A stretch of DNA of 64,000 nucleotides from a bacterium (GCA_028821575.1 JAPPFW010000073.1:11434-75433); one strand, 5' to 3'. Shown: positions 27,493 through 37,049, counted from the first letter of the stretch. Made by a program: numbers and translations. Notes: generated by a model not told the origin, from the letters alone.

Positions 27493-29661
27493 TCACATAC
27501 GGGCTCCGACCGTGGCCGCCGCTGCGGTGTCGGGCTCGGCCTTCGAGTCCGACGGGTCTCCGTAGACCTTGGAACGCCGGAACTCCTTCAGCACGGCCAT
27601 GGTGGAAGCCAGTATCAAGAGTCCGCTGACCATGGTGATGAAGGCTCCGACTCCAGATAGGAACTGGAGGTCACCGGAGCGGACATGGGTGATGATCCAT
27701 GCAAAGGCGATACACGTCACACCGCTCCCCAACCCGGCTGTCACGGTGCTCCACCGCCATCTCCATTGCTCGTCGCCGCCGAATACTCCCGCGGCGGGAA
27801 GGCCGGCCAACATGGCGAGCAGTCCGGCAATAAGCGCCCAGAGGCCCAGTTGCGGGCCGCTATCAGCGATACCGTTGGTGAATGACGCTTGCCTGGCCTG
27901 GGCCTCCAAGACAAGGAGATCGGCCGCGTACACGGCCTGGTTCTCCGGATCCTCATCGGCTCTACGCTTGAGTTCCTCGATCTCCATGACCCGCGCTTCG
28001 GCTTCCGCCAGGGCCTCAGGTGTAAGGGCTCGATCTGGTCGGCTGTCGGCACTCCAACCAGAGAAAATCCCGAGAACGAGCGTGAGGATCGCGATCCCCA
28101 AGCCTATGATCCTCCCCCAGTTCGTTCCCAGCGGGAGCGGGTGGAGTGGGGAGTGTTTCGCGACCCTCATCCACAGAATCGTTCCGACCGAGGCGATTAG
28201 CCCTCCTGCAATCGCAAGGTACACACCGATGCCGTGGCCGGGATCCACCGCGCCCGCCGCGATTCCGGCATCCGTCACCGACTGAGCCAGCAAGTAGGCG
28301 AAAGATACGACCAGTGCGGAGATTGCAGCAATGACTGCCCCGTCTGCTGCCAGCCATCGGGGTGCTCGGCCCGGTCGGGCACCGAAGGCCATCACTGCAA
28401 CGACTACGAACAGACCCAGCGCCAACACCGTGATACCGAACCAGGATCCTCCTGAGGCAGCTAGTCCGTTGAAGACCTGACCATCGAGTTCACCGTTGAG
28501 AGAAGCGTCGGCCCACCTTCCCCAAGCGCTGATCTTTCCGGCACTCGATGTCCACGGAAGGAGGGTACTAACGACCGCTACCAAGCCCCCGATAAGCGCC
28601 AGCAACATCGGAAGACGCTCGCGGACGGCGATCGGCGCATACTCCTCGGTCTCCTGGTATTCGACGATGGCCGTTGCTTCCGTATCGGGGATCAGCATCT
28701 CCGGATCCCGGCGGTGCTTCCAAGCCAGTTGGACCCGCTTGAACAAGTTGGTGGACTCGGTGCCCTGGCGCTGCGACATCCGGTCGAGCACGACCGCTAC
28801 CAGAAAGAATGCCAGGCCTCCCGCTGCGCCTTCGCCGACATCCTGGTTGTTTATTGCCCGCAACAGCACGCGCCCGAGGCCGAACGAGCCCATGAGCGCG
28901 GCGATCCCGAGCATCGAGATTGCCAGCAGGAGGGTCTGGTTGATGCCCGTCATGATGGCGGGTCGTGCCAGAGGGATCTGAACATCGAAGAGGACGCGGG
29001 CCTCCGAGGCGCCATACGCGCGGGAAGCCTCGACCACGTCCGGGGGTACCTGCCGTATCCCCAAGTTGGTAAGGCGGATCAATGGAGGGAGCGCGTAGAC
29101 CATCGTCACCATCGTGGCTGAAACCTCTCCCAATCCGAAGAACCAGATGAAAGGCAACATGTAGACGAAGGAATGGACGACCTGCATAGCATCGAGAATC
29201 GGTCTGGTCACCTGCCAGATACTGTCCACCCGGCCACAGGCGATACCGACCGGGATCCCTATCACCACGCAGAGGATGACCGCCACGCCGATGAGACCGA
29301 TCGTGGCAGCCGTCTCCTTCCAGTATTCGGTGTCCAGCAAACCGCAGAGTGTCAAGGCCACGGCTACGAAGACAGCAACCTTCACGTTGCGTGTGAGCCA
29401 CGCCACCAGCGCCATCGCCAGAACGATCCATACCCACGAGATCTCGATGAGGAAGTCACGGACCAGATTGCGAACCATGATCTCGAAAGGCCAGGCGAAG
29501 ATATCGAGCATCGTCGTGAGATTGACCGCGATCCACCGGGCGGCCTGTTCCATCCACTCCCCGAAGGGGACCGTCCACTCGTCGAGTAGAGCATTGTCCC
29601 AGATCGGGATGCGCTCCGAAGCTTGAGCGAGGACTGCCGTCATGGGAGCCAGCACGGTCAT
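27493..29661 (-). CDS. proW: betaine ABC transporter permease (ProW/OpuAB-type) fused to a roughly 400-residue C-terminal polytopic membrane domain of unknown function
   Basis: 722 aa. The first roughly 300 aa carry the BPD-transporter core and EAA-type loop (VVEASRAYGASEARVLFDVQIPLARPAIMTGINQT). The remainder has multiple hydrophobic helices and a charged helical linker. ATGA overlap with proV. Confidence 0.8.
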   Translation of the reverse strand: MTVLAPMTAVLAQASERIPIWDNALLDEWTVPFGEWMEQAARWIAVNLTTMLDIFAWPFEIMVRNLVRDFLIEISWVWIVLAMALVAWLTRNVKVAVFVAVALTLCGLLDTEYWKETAATIGLIGVAVILCVVIGIPVGIACGRVDSIWQVTRPILDAMQVVHSFVYMLPFIWFFGLGEVSATMVTMVYALPPLIRLTNLGIRQVPPDVVEASRAYGASEARVLFDVQIPLARPAIMTGINQTLLLAISMLGIAALMGSFGLGRVLLRAINNQDVGEGAAGGLAFFLVAVVLDRMSQRQGTESTNLFKRVQLAWKHRRDPEMLIPDTEATAIVEYQETEEYAPIAVRERLPMLLALIGGLVAVVSTLLPWTSSAGKISAWGRWADASLNGELDGQVFNGLAASGGSWFGITVLALGLFVVVAVMAFGARPGRAPRWLAADGAVIAAISALVVSFAYLLAQSVTDAGIAAGAVDPGHGIGVYLAIAGGLIASVGTILWMRVAKHSPLHPLPLGTNWGRIIGLGIAILTLVLGIFSGWSADSRPDRALTPEALAEAEARVMEIEELKRRADEDPENQAVYAADLLVLEAQARQASFTNGIADSGPQLGLWALIAGLLAMLAGLPAAGVFGGDEQWRWRWSTVTAGLGSGVTCIAFAWIITHVRSGDLQFLSGVGAFITMVSGLLILASTMAVLKEFRRSKVYGDPSDSKAEPDTAAAATVGARM

Positions 29662-30881
29662 AGGTAGGTTTCCCGTTCGAATCCGTCGATGAGTTGTTCG
29701 ACCCGGCCCATTTCTTCCATGATGTGGCGGGGATCGAGGTTGCCGATGAGGCGGCCTCCGGTGTCCACGACTGCTATCGGGAGCCCTCGGCCGGCTGCCG
29801 CGTATACGCTGTTGAGGGTTGTTTCGGGAGTGGTGGTGTCGAAGTCGTCTCGGAGAGCCACCGACATGTTGACCGAACCCATGCTTGCCACCCTGACGCA
29901 GTCCCCGATGGTCAGCAGTCCCGTGGGGCGCCCCCGGCTGTCACATGCGAAGGCCCCGCTCCGATCGCCGATGTGGTCCAGGGCTTCGGCCAGGGAGAGG
30001 TCAGGATCGACGGGTTTGGGCTCCAGCATGACCTCCCGACACTCGATCACCCGGCCCTGGTCGACGTCTTGGACGAACTCGGCAACATAGGCGGTGGCGG
30101 GTTCGGTGAGTATCTCTTCGGGCGTTCCGATCTGGACCACGGCCCCGTCCCGCATGATGCACACCCGGTCCCCGATCCGCAACGCCTCGTTCAGGTCGTG
30201 GGTGATGAACAGGATCGTCTTGCGCAACTCGTTCTGGATGTCCATCAACTCGTCCTGCATCTGGCGCCGGATGAGAGGATCGAGCGCCGAGAACGCCTCG
30301 TCCATCAACAAGATGTCCGGATCCGAAGCCAGCGCCCGGGCCAAGCCGACCCGCTGCTGCATGCCGCCTGAGAGTTCACGCGGGACGTTGCGGGCGTACG
30401 GTTCGAGACCCACCAACGAAAGGGCCTTCATCGCGGCCTTGTCCCGTTCTTCTTTGTCCACTCCCTGCACCTTGAGTCCGTACCCGACGTTGTCTATCAC
30501 GCTCCGATGGGGGAACAGGGCGAAGTGTTGGAAGACCATCCCCATTTTCTCGCGGCGGAACGCCTGCAACCGGGTGCCGCTGAGCTTCTGTACGTCGGTC
30601 CCGTCGACCCACACCTGGCCGGCCGTGGCCTCGAAGAGCTTGTTGACGGTTCGCAGCGCGGTGGACTTGCCGGATCCCGAAAGGCCCATCACCACGAAGA
30701 TCTCACCTGTGGAGACGGAGAAGTTGACATCCCTGATCCCGATCACATGGCCCGACTGCCGCAGTACCTCGTCCTTGCTCACCCCGGCCTGAGCGAGATC
30801 GAACGCCCGACCATGCGGCTGCGGACCGAAAATCTTATATACGCTCTCCAAACGTATCAGTTCGTCAACGGACTCCGCCAC
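29658..30881 (-). CDS. proV: betaine ABC transporter ATP-binding protein with tandem CBS domains (ProV/OpuAA-type)
   Basis: Walker A GLSGSGKST, signature LSGGMQQRV, C-terminal CBS pair. The start is reassigned to the GTG at 30881 (VAESVDELIRL...), preceded by GAAGGAG. This gives 407 aa, the same length and N-terminus as the paralog at 35826-37049. The tracked ORF extension (to 31055) reads through a DNA tandem repeat. Confidence 0.85.
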   Translation of the reverse strand: MAESVDELIRLESVYKIFGPQPHGRAFDLAQAGVSKDEVLRQSGHVIGIRDVNFSVSTGEIFVVMGLSGSGKSTALRTVNKLFEATAGQVWVDGTDVQKLSGTRLQAFRREKMGMVFQHFALFPHRSVIDNVGYGLKVQGVDKEERDKAAMKALSLVGLEPYARNVPRELSGGMQQRVGLARALASDPDILLMDEAFSALDPLIRRQMQDELMDIQNELRKTILFITHDLNEALRIGDRVCIMRDGAVVQIGTPEEILTEPATAYVAEFVQDVDQGRVIECREVMLEPKPVDPDLSLAEALDHIGDRSGAFACDSRGRPTGLLTIGDCVRVASMGSVNMSVALRDDFDTTTPETTLNSVYAAAGRGLPIAVVDTGGRLIGNLDPRHIMEEMGRVEQLIDGFERETYL

Positions 30882-30990
30882 TGGTACTCCTTCAGGGCCT
30901 GTTCCTTCTGCGAGCCGTGCTGTGGCAACGTCGGATCGCCGGAATGCCCTCCAACCGACCGGACTAGGGGTTGGGCGAACCGCCGGACGA

Positions 30991-31029
30991 CTCGCGATTC
31001 TCTGTCTCGCGATTCTCTGTCTCGCGATA
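30991..31029. repeat. 15-bp direct repeat x2.6 (CTCGCGATTCTCTGT) abutting the operator palindrome
   Basis: ctcgcgattctctgt / ctcgcgattctctgt / ctcgcgata. It is present upstream of proV1 only and absent from the otherwise identical proV2 promoter. Confidence 0.8.
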
Positions 31030-31047
31030 CGGTACCGTTCCGCATCG
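31025..31047. promoter_or_regulatory. 23-bp imperfect palindrome CGATACGGTAC-C-GTTCCGCATCG (putative operator, proVWX-1)
   Basis: Identical to the 23-mer at 37176-37198. About 145 nt upstream of the proV1 GTG. Confidence 0.6.
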
Positions 31048-31149
31048 TAGCACACAGGCAGGTAGGCACTCTCGGTCGCTCGGCTAGTTTTTCCCTCTGC
31101 CCGGGCCTCGGGGATCAGGGATTCGAAGATGCAGGAAGAGCCTTGGAGG

Positions 31150-31187
31150 AAGTGAGGAGGGTGCCGCTCAGGGCACCCTCCTCACTT
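31150..31187 (-). terminator. perfect 16-bp-stem hairpin downstream of proX2 (terminator separating the two ABC operons)
   Basis: aagtgaggagggtgcc-gctcag-ggcaccctcctcactt, about 20 nt after the proX2 stop (31209). No U-tract, which is common in high-GC genomes. Confidence 0.65.
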
Positions 31188-31208
31188 ATCACCGCTCCGT
31201 GGCCGTGG

Positions 31209-33585
31209 TCAGCCGGTCAAGCGCGCGGCGCGTAGCCACGAATCCGCGAGACCGCGGTTCTCGGCGATCCAATCGGCGGCGTGGCGCTTGATGTCGTCCT
31301 CGGTGTTCTCACCGGCTTGCATGCGGACGTTCTGCAGAGCCACGTCGACCGGGTTGATGGTGAACAACTCGAACAGTCTGGCCGCGGCCGGGTTAGCAGC
31401 CAGGAAGTCGTTGTTGGCGACCACCCGTATGTCGGCCGCGTCCCAACCCAGCAGGCACGGGTCGGTGGTGCACCGGTCACCGATGGACGTCGGACCTTCG
31501 ATCTGGGTGGGCGAGACCGACGGATTGTTATGGATGGAGACCCACACGGCGTTGTCGCCGGGGCGCAGATCGCTCACGTAGTGAGACGGTGCCCAGGTGT
31601 AGACCAGGTAGGGCTCCCCGGCTGCGTCCTTGGCGATGGCGTCGGCGATCATCGCGTCGTAGCCACCGATGTCGAACTGCTCGACGTTGTCCCATCCGGC
31701 ATTCTCGAGCCAGGCGTTGATGTTGGCATGGCATCCCCATCCTTCCGGACAGCCGTATATCTGGAGGACGCCGTCGCCCGGCGAAGCGTCAGCCGACTCG
31801 TAGGCGGCGAACTGATCGGGATCCGACAGGAGGGCATCGAGAGTGGTCAGCCCGTTCGCGTCGGCGAAGGCCTTGTTGGTGATCAACCCTTGCACGCCCG
31901 CTCGGGCCATCTCCCGGCCCAGACGGGAGACGTGGTCGCTCACCACCGACCCGTCGGGCATCGTGGCGGCCAGGAACTGGTCGTGGTTCGGGAGCCACGC
32001 GTTGACCCAGAAGTCGAACTCACCGGTGGCCATCGACACATACGCGTTGGACGGCGCCAACTCCAGATCTGCGGGATCAGTCACCTCGTAGCCAAGCTCT
32101 GCCAGCAGCGCCGCATAGATAGCAGCCTGCATGTAGCCGGTCGACCAGTTAGCCCGCGCCATCGTCACCGAAACCCCCGAACCAGGCGTTTCGTCAACCG
32201 GCAGGGCGGCTATCGCCAGCCACTCATCGACCCTGGTGCGGTTTTCGGCGATCCAATCGGCGGCGTGGCGCTTGATGTCGTCCTCGGTGTTCTCACCGGC
32301 TTGCATGCGGACGTTCTGCAGAGCCACGTCGACCGGGTTGATGGTGAACAACTCGAACAGTCTGGCCGCGGCCGGGTTAGCAGCCAGGAAGTCGTTGTTG
32401 GCGACCACCCGTATGTCGGCCGCGTCCCAACCCAGCAGGCACGGGTCGGTGGTGCACCGGTCACCGATGGACGTCGGACCTTCGATCTGGGTGGGCGAGA
32501 CCGACGGATTGTTATGGATGGAGACCCACACGGCGTTGTCGCCGGGGCGCAGATCGCTCACGTAGTGAGACGGTGCCCAGGTGTAGACCAGGTAGGGCTC
32601 CCCGGCTGCGTCCTTGGCGATGGCGTCGGCGATCATCGCGTCGTAGCCACCGATGTCGAACTGCTCGACGTTGTCCCATCCGGCATTCTCGAGCCAGGCG
32701 TTGATGTTGGCGTGGCATCCCCATCCCTCGGGGCAGCCGTATATCTGGAGGACACCGTCGCCCGGCGAAGCGTCAGCCGACTCGTAGGCGGCGAACTGAT
32801 CGGGATCGGACAGCATGGCATCGAGGGTGGTCAGCCCGTTCGCGTCGGCGAAGGCCTTGTTGGTGATCAGCCCTTGCACGCCTGATCTGGCCATCTCCTT
32901 GCCCAGACGGGTGACGTGGTCGCTCACCAGCGAGCCGTCGGGCATCGAGGCGGCCAGGAACTGGTCGTGGTTCGGTAGCCACGCGTTGACCCAGAAGTCG
33001 AACTCACCGTTGGCCATCGCCACATACGCGTTGGACGGCGCCAACTCCAGATCGGCGGGATCAGTCACCTCGTAACCCAGCTCGGCCAGCAGCGCCGCAT
33101 AGATGGCAGCCTGCATGTAGCCGGTCGACCAGTTAGCCCGCGCCATCGTCACCGAAACCCCGGCTCCCGGGCCTTTGCCGGCCTCTTCCAGTGCCATTTG
33201 GGCTTCTTCTGCGGCCATTTGGGCTTCTTCTGCGGCCATCTCGGCCTCTTCTGCGGTCTTTTGGGCCTCGTTCAAGTTCCATCTGGGCTTCTTCTGCGGC
33301 CTTTTGAGCCTCTTCCAGCGCCATCTGGGCCTCTTCGCCGCCTTCCGCAGCCGCGGCCTCGGCTTCCGCCAGCGCGGCCTGAGCGGCCTCCAAATCGGCT
33401 TCGGCTTCGGCCAGTGCGGCGTTGGCCGCCGCTTCCGCGGCCTCGGCGGCCTCCTGAGCGGCGGTATCGATGACGGTGGCGGGAGGCTGCGTCTCTGCCG
33501 GAGCCTCCGGTTCGTCATCCCCACAGGACACAGCCAGCATCGCGAACACGGCTATCAGGGCGAGGGCCTTCTTCGCTCTAGTCAT
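31209..33585 (-). CDS. proX: tandem-domain (2 x OpuAC) betaine-binding lipoprotein, reading frame interrupted by a 1-nt frameshift near 33270
   Basis: Signal peptide, lipobox and A/E-rich spacer (MTRAKKALALIAVFAMLAVSCGDD...) are in the frame of ORF 33133-33585. The two OpuAC domains are in the frame of ORF 31209-33524. Deleting the plus-strand g at 33270 joins them seamlessly (...EEAQMELE|EAQKTAEEAEM...). The total span of 2377 nt is 3n+1. Confidence 0.75.
31261..33161. repeat. head-to-tail tandem duplication, period 984 bp (328 codons), two roughly 917-bp near-identical copies
   Basis: 31261-32177 versus 32245-33161. The first roughly 460 bp of each copy are identical by eye, with scattered SNPs after that. 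Out-of-frame ORF pairs in the track recur at exactly +984 (31528/32512, 31649/32633, 31789/32773). Confidence 0.9.
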
Positions 33586-33657
33586 TTCTATCCTCCTTTT
33601 CTCTCCGGTTCTCGGTCCCGGTCGCTGTCCCGTCTATCGGGTGGGCGGGTTTCACTG

Positions 33658-35829
33658 CTACCCCCTCGGCGTAACCACTTCATCCGCTTCGGCCTTCGGG
33701 TTTTCTCCTCGGCCTGCTGGATCGGACTCATGTTCCCCCTCGTACACCTTTGTCCTCTGGAACTGCCTCAAGACCCCTCGCGCGGACGCGAAGAGCAAGA
33801 ACCCGGCCAGCAGGCACAGGAACGAACCCGGCCCGCTCACAAAGTTGGGATCGGAGACGCGAACCAGCGAAGCGATCCATCCGGCTGCCACCAGCATCAC
33901 TCCCACCCCCAGGGCGGCGACCGCGACGCTCCACCTCCAGCGCCGCTGCTCGTCGGTGCCGAACAACCCGGCTGCCGGAAGGGTGAGCAAGAGTGCCGCT
34001 ACCCCCAGCCCCAAGGTCAGGTGCCCGAGGCGGGGCCCCGCCTCGACGAAGCCATCGGTCCGGAGGGCTTCCCTCTCTTCGGCCTTGGCGTACAGCGCGG
34101 CGATCTCGGAGGCGTTCTGCCCGGCTATGGAGGGATCGTCCCGCGCTTCCTGTTCCAAGCGGTCGATCTCGGCCTGCAATTCGGGGGTGATGATCAATTC
34201 TGCCCGCTCGTCGACGGACCAAGCCGCCAGTCCGGCCACCGCCAACATCCCGACAATCCCCGCCGAGATGAGGATTCGGCTGATGGACACGGTGGATCTC
34301 AATGGACGCATCGGACTGTAGGGAGCGTTCCGGATCCATACGCCGGCCCCGGCCACGGCGATGATCCCGCTACCCAGCGCCACCCACGCCCCGATCCCGT
34401 GGCTGTAGGATACGGCCCCGGCCGGCGAACCGATCCACAGGTAGCCGGCCGGAGCTGCCAGCAGGCCCGCGGCGGCCATCAGGGCGCCGTCTGCTCCGAA
34501 CCAGCGGGCCACGCGGCCCGGTTTGGTCAGTGTGGTCAGCGCCGAGCCCAGAATCACCAGGCTGGTGGCCAGCACGGCAACCCCGAAGAAGCTCCCCCCC
34601 TCGGCGGCCAAGCCGTTGAAGCTCAACCCGCCCAGGTCCAGATCGGCGTTCCGGCCGTACCCCGAGACGTGGCCCGAGTCGTGTCCCCACGGTAGGAAGA
34701 CTGATACCAGTGCCAGCACGGAAGCTACTAGGCCGATGAGTACCCCCCTCCGCTCTGAGGTCCCCACGAGCGCAGGAGTTCCTTCCGAGGCTGCATCGGT
34801 GGCCATCTCCTCGGAGGGGACCTCCTCCAGCAATGCCTCCGGATCACGTCGGTGCGCCCATGCCCTGCGAATGCGGGCGAACAGGTTCGTGCCCTCTCCC
34901 GCCTCGGTCTGGGTGAGGCGGTCCAAGACCACCGCGACGACGAACAGAGCGAGCCCGGAAGAGGTCGACAAGGGGGTGTCGAGGTTCAGGACCGCTCTGT
35001 ACACCAGGAGGCCCAGCCCACTGGCGCCCATTATCGCGGCGATGCCGATCATCGAGATGGCCAGGAGGAGGGTTTGGTTGATGCCGGTCATGATGGCTGC
35101 ACGGGCCAGCGGTAGCTGGACGTCGAAGAGAACGCGGACTTCCGAGGCGCCGTAGGCGCGGGAGGCTTCGACCACGTCGGCGGGAACCTGTCGGATCCCG
35201 AGGTTGGTGAGCCGGATCAACGGGGGTACCGCGAACACCATGGTCACTATCGTGGCCGGTTCGGGCCCGAGGCCGAAGAAGAAGATGAAGGGGATGATGT
35301 AGACGAAGGCGTGGACGACTTGCATGGCGTCGAGGACAGGTCGCACCACCTTCCAGACACCGTCTATCCGACCGCACAGAATGCCGGTGGGGATCCCGAT
35401 CACCACGCAGAGGACGACGGCCACACCGATCAGCCCTATGGTAGTGGTGGTCTCCTCCCAGAACTCGTTGCCCAACAGCCCGCATAGCGCTAGCAGCACC
35501 GCAAGACCGAATCCCACCCTCAGGTTGCGGGTGATCACGCCCACGACCAACACCCCTCCACACACCAGCACCCACGACATATCAGTGATTTCCCACCACG
35601 GGTGGTATTCGGGTCCGTCCACGAAGTTACGGAAAAGGAATGAGAACGGCCACTCGATGATGTCGAACACGGTTCCCAAGTTGAGTATGACCCAGTTGAT
35701 CATCTCTTCCATCCAGGATCCGAACGGTATCTCCCAGGAATCGAGGATCTTGTTGTCCCAGAACGGGGTTGTCTCCTCCGCCGGCGGATCTTGGGCTAGA
35801 ACCATCGAAGATCCGGCATCGAGCTTCAT
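33658..35829 (-). CDS. proW: betaine ABC transporter permease (ProW-type) with roughly 400-residue C-terminal membrane extension, paralog 2
   Basis: 723 aa with the same architecture as 27493-29661. Islands in the extension are conserved between paralogs (LPW...FNGLAA.GGS.FG, PGR..RW..ADGA, LPAAG.FG.DEQ.RWRWS, F.R.KVY). ATGA overlap with proV2. Confidence 0.8.
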   Translation of the reverse strand: MKLDAGSSMVLAQDPPAEETTPFWDNKILDSWEIPFGSWMEEMINWVILNLGTVFDIIEWPFSFLFRNFVDGPEYHPWWEITDMSWVLVCGGVLVVGVITRNLRVGFGLAVLLALCGLLGNEFWEETTTTIGLIGVAVVLCVVIGIPTGILCGRIDGVWKVVRPVLDAMQVVHAFVYIIPFIFFFGLGPEPATIVTMVFAVPPLIRLTNLGIRQVPADVVEASRAYGASEVRVLFDVQLPLARAAIMTGINQTLLLAISMIGIAAIMGASGLGLLVYRAVLNLDTPLSTSSGLALFVVAVVLDRLTQTEAGEGTNLFARIRRAWAHRRDPEALLEEVPSEEMATDAASEGTPALVGTSERRGVLIGLVASVLALVSVFLPWGHDSGHVSGYGRNADLDLGGLSFNGLAAEGGSFFGVAVLATSLVILGSALTTLTKPGRVARWFGADGALMAAAGLLAAPAGYLWIGSPAGAVSYSHGIGAWVALGSGIIAVAGAGVWIRNAPYSPMRPLRSTVSISRILISAGIVGMLAVAGLAAWSVDERAELIITPELQAEIDRLEQEARDDPSIAGQNASEIAALYAKAEEREALRTDGFVEAGPRLGHLTLGLGVAALLLTLPAAGLFGTDEQRRWRWSVAVAALGVGVMLVAAGWIASLVRVSDPNFVSGPGSFLCLLAGFLLFASARGVLRQFQRTKVYEGEHESDPAGRGENPKAEADEVVTPRG

Positions 35830-37049
35830 AGGTAGGTCTCCCGTTCGAACCCGTCGATGAGTTGTTCGACTCGTCCCATCTCTTCCATGACGAGGCGGGG
35901 GTCGAGGTTCCCGATGAGGCGGCCTCCGGTGTCCACGACTGCTATCGGTAACCCTCGGCCGGCTGCCGCGTAGACAGCGTTAAGTGTTGTGTCGGGGGTT
36001 GCCGTGTCGAAGTCGTCCCTGAGAGCGACTGACATGTTGACCGAGCCCATGCTTGCCACCCTGACGCAGTCGCCTATGGTCAGCAGTCCGGTCGGGCGTC
36101 CCCGGTCGTCACACGCGAAGGCCCCGCTACGGTCGCCGATGTGGTCCAGCGCCTCGGCGAGGGACATGTCGGGGTCGATGGGCTTGGGGTCCAGCATGAC
36201 TTCGCGGCACTCGATGACCCGTCCCTGGTCGACGTCCTGGACGAACTCGGCGACATACGCGGTGGCGGGTTCCGTCAGGATCTCTTCCGGGGTACCGATC
36301 TGGACCACGGCCCCATCCCGCATGATGCACACCTGGTCCCCGATCCGCAGGGCCTCGTTGAGGTCATGGGTGATGAACAGGATGGTCTTTCGGAGTTCGT
36401 CTTGGATGTCCATCAACTCGTCCTGCATCTGGCGACGGATGAGGGGATCGAGGGCGGAGAAGGCTTCGTCCATCAGCAGGATGTCGGGATCGGAGGCCAG
36501 AGCCCTCGCCAGTCCGACCCGCTGCTGCATACCGCCCGAAAGCTCGCGGGGGAGGTTGCGGGCGTACGGTTCGAGACCCACCAACGAAAGGGCCTTCATC
36601 GCGGCCTTGTCCCGTTCTTCCTTGGCGACTCCCTGGACTTTGAGTCCGTAGCCGACGTTGTCTATCACGTTGCGGTGGGGGAACAGGGCGAAGTGCTGGA
36701 AGACCATCCCCATCTTCTCGCGCCGGAATGCCTGGAGTTGGGTGCCGCTAAGGGCTTGTACGTCGGTCCCGTCCACCCACACCTGGCCGGCAGTGGCGTC
36801 GAAGAGCTTGTTGACGGTGCGCAGGGCCGTGGACTTGCCGGATCCAGAAAGGCCCATGACCACGAAGATCTCACCTGGGGCGACCGAGAAGTTGACATCC
36901 CTGATGCCGATGACATGACCGGACTGTCGCAGTACCTCGTCCTTGCTCACTCCGGCACGGGCGAGATCGAACGCCCGGCCGTGGGGCTGGGGACCGAAGA
37001 TCTTGTAGACGCCCTGCAGCCGTATCAGTTCGTTAACGGCCTCCGCCAC
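35826..37049 (-). CDS. proV: betaine ABC transporter ATP-binding protein with CBS domains, paralog 2
   Basis: 407 aa. Differs from the 29658-30881 product at only a few dozen positions. Confidence 0.9.
   Translation of the reverse strand: MAEAVNELIRLQGVYKIFGPQPHGRAFDLARAGVSKDEVLRQSGHVIGIRDVNFSVAPGEIFVVMGLSGSGKSTALRTVNKLFDATAGQVWVDGTDVQALSGTQLQAFRREKMGMVFQHFALFPHRNVIDNVGYGLKVQGVAKEERDKAAMKALSLVGLEPYARNLPRELSGGMQQRVGLARALASDPDILLMDEAFSALDPLIRRQMQDELMDIQDELRKTILFITHDLNEALRIGDQVCIMRDGAVVQIGTPEEILTEPATAYVAEFVQDVDQGRVIECREVMLDPKPIDPDMSLAEALDHIGDRSGAFACDDRGRPTGLLTIGDCVRVASMGSVNMSVALRDDFDTATPDTTLNAVYAAAGRGLPIAVVDTGGRLIGNLDPRLVMEEMGRVEQLIDGFERETYL

Noticed and set aside
29658-31055. N-terminal extensions of tracked ORFs: proV1 to 31055 (contains RIARQRIARQRIA), ppc to 25691, the enolase-superfamily gene to 48182, the aminotransferase to 50472, the methyl-THF methyltransferase from 60601, the activase from 61580, rpiR from 52340, and fdh from 39191.
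   Set aside because: The extensions overlap upstream genes or read through DNA repeats or promoter elements. They lack homology-like sequence. Better starts exist (RBS-preceded, or 4-nt ATGA/GTGA coupling) that give family-typical lengths.
31261-33161. Repeated sequence that might be mistaken for a CRISPR array or an IS element.
   Set aside because: The period is 984 bp with no short spacers, both copies are coding in one frame (OpuAC domains), and there are no terminal inverted repeats or transposase.
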